From the NCBI RefSeq assembly GCF_009834535.1, contig NC_045696.1:99450001-99514000 (forward strand): a stretch of DNA of 64,000 nucleotides. Reading direction: 5' to 3'. Source of the stretch: Camelus ferus (lineage: Eukaryota). The notes below the pieces were generated by a model. The model was not told the DNA's origin and ran no database searches. It was given only the letters and a program-made list of their open reading frames with translations. The translations under genes and the position numbers were made by a program. This document shows, piece by piece, positions 63,360 to 64,000 of this stretch. The first letter of the stretch is position 1. Each line of letters opens with the position of its first letter.

Positions 63360-63835
63360 ACCAGTATTAATTTTGTCAGTTTTTGCTTAATGTATTTTGG
63401 GGTTCTGTTAGGTACATATTTCCTGATGGATTGATTATTTTATAATTATAAAATGTCCTAAATTTTTTTCCTTAAAGTCAGTTTTGTCTGATATTAATAT
63501 AGCCCCCTAAGTTTCCTTTTGTTTAGTGTCTTTGTTAAATTTTTCTATACTTTTCCTTTCAATCAACCTGTGCTTTTGAATCTAAAGTGCTTTAGTAAAG
63601 AGTAAATAGATAGGTATTTTAAAAAATCCATCTTCTAATCTCTGCTTTTTGATTGTAGTAATTACTCCATTTACATTTAATGTAGTTTTACACTAAGTAA
63701 AATAAAGTAGGATTTACATCTGCTGTTTTGCTGCCTTTTTTGTTCCTCTGTTCTTGCATTACTGCAGCCTTTTGTGTTAAATAGACTTTTTTTTTGTATG
63801 CCATTTTAATTTCCTTAATTTTTATTATATTTTTA
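63360..63835 (-). mobile_element. Old L1M fragment (ORF2 start region), antisense
   Basis: 'ttttgcttaatgtattttggggttctgttaggtacata', 'ttttgtctgatattaatatagcc', 'ccatttacatttaatgta'. Confidence 0.75.
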
Positions 63836-63884
63836 GGTTCCCCCCCCTTTTTTTTTTTTTTTTTTGACAAATTGATTCTAGAGA

Positions 63885-63985
63885 AAAAGAGACATTTTAC
63901 AGTGATACAGTGATGAATCCACCAGGAAGACTGAACAGGTATAAACATTTATGTACCTAACAACAGAGCACCAAATTACACAGGC
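63885..63985 (+). mobile_element. L1 ORF2 endonuclease-region fragment
   Basis: 'gacattttacagtgata...atccaccaggaagac...aaacatttatgtacctaacaacagagcaccaaattaca' (encodes the N-I-Y-V-P-N motif, similar to L1 EN NIYAPN). Confidence 0.7.
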
Positions 63986-64000
63986 ATTTTTGGAAAAAAG

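Noticed and set aside
1..64000. CRISPR arrays, operons or a novel multi-gene system
   Set aside because: Eukaryotic repeat-rich non-coding DNA; no regularly spaced repeats, long ORFs or gene clusters are present

Overview
AT-rich mammalian non-coding DNA (intergenic or inside a long intron). It is most likely camelid (camel/llama/alpaca), judged from a Vic-1-type tRNA-derived SINE and camelid-type young L1 3' UTRs. I found no credible protein-coding exon, functional RNA gene or CpG island. The ORFs I could recognise are LINE-1 ORF2 remnants; the rest are microsatellite read-throughs or look like chance ORFs. The window is a layered record of transposition: old L2, MIR, MamSINE1, MER DNA transposons, MaLR/ERV solo LTRs and L1M, overlaid with young L1 insertions that keep their target-site duplications (TSDs). 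The best-supported unusual structure is an L1 3' transduction at 8499-9391: L1 3' end + 142 bp of foreign flank + second AATAAA/poly(A), all inside one exact 15-bp TSD. There are also two twin-priming (5'-inverted) L1s, nested insertions and a probable deletion junction. I see no evidence for a new multi-gene system. Repeat family names come from remembered consensus sequences, not a database search, and old-repeat boundaries are approximate.
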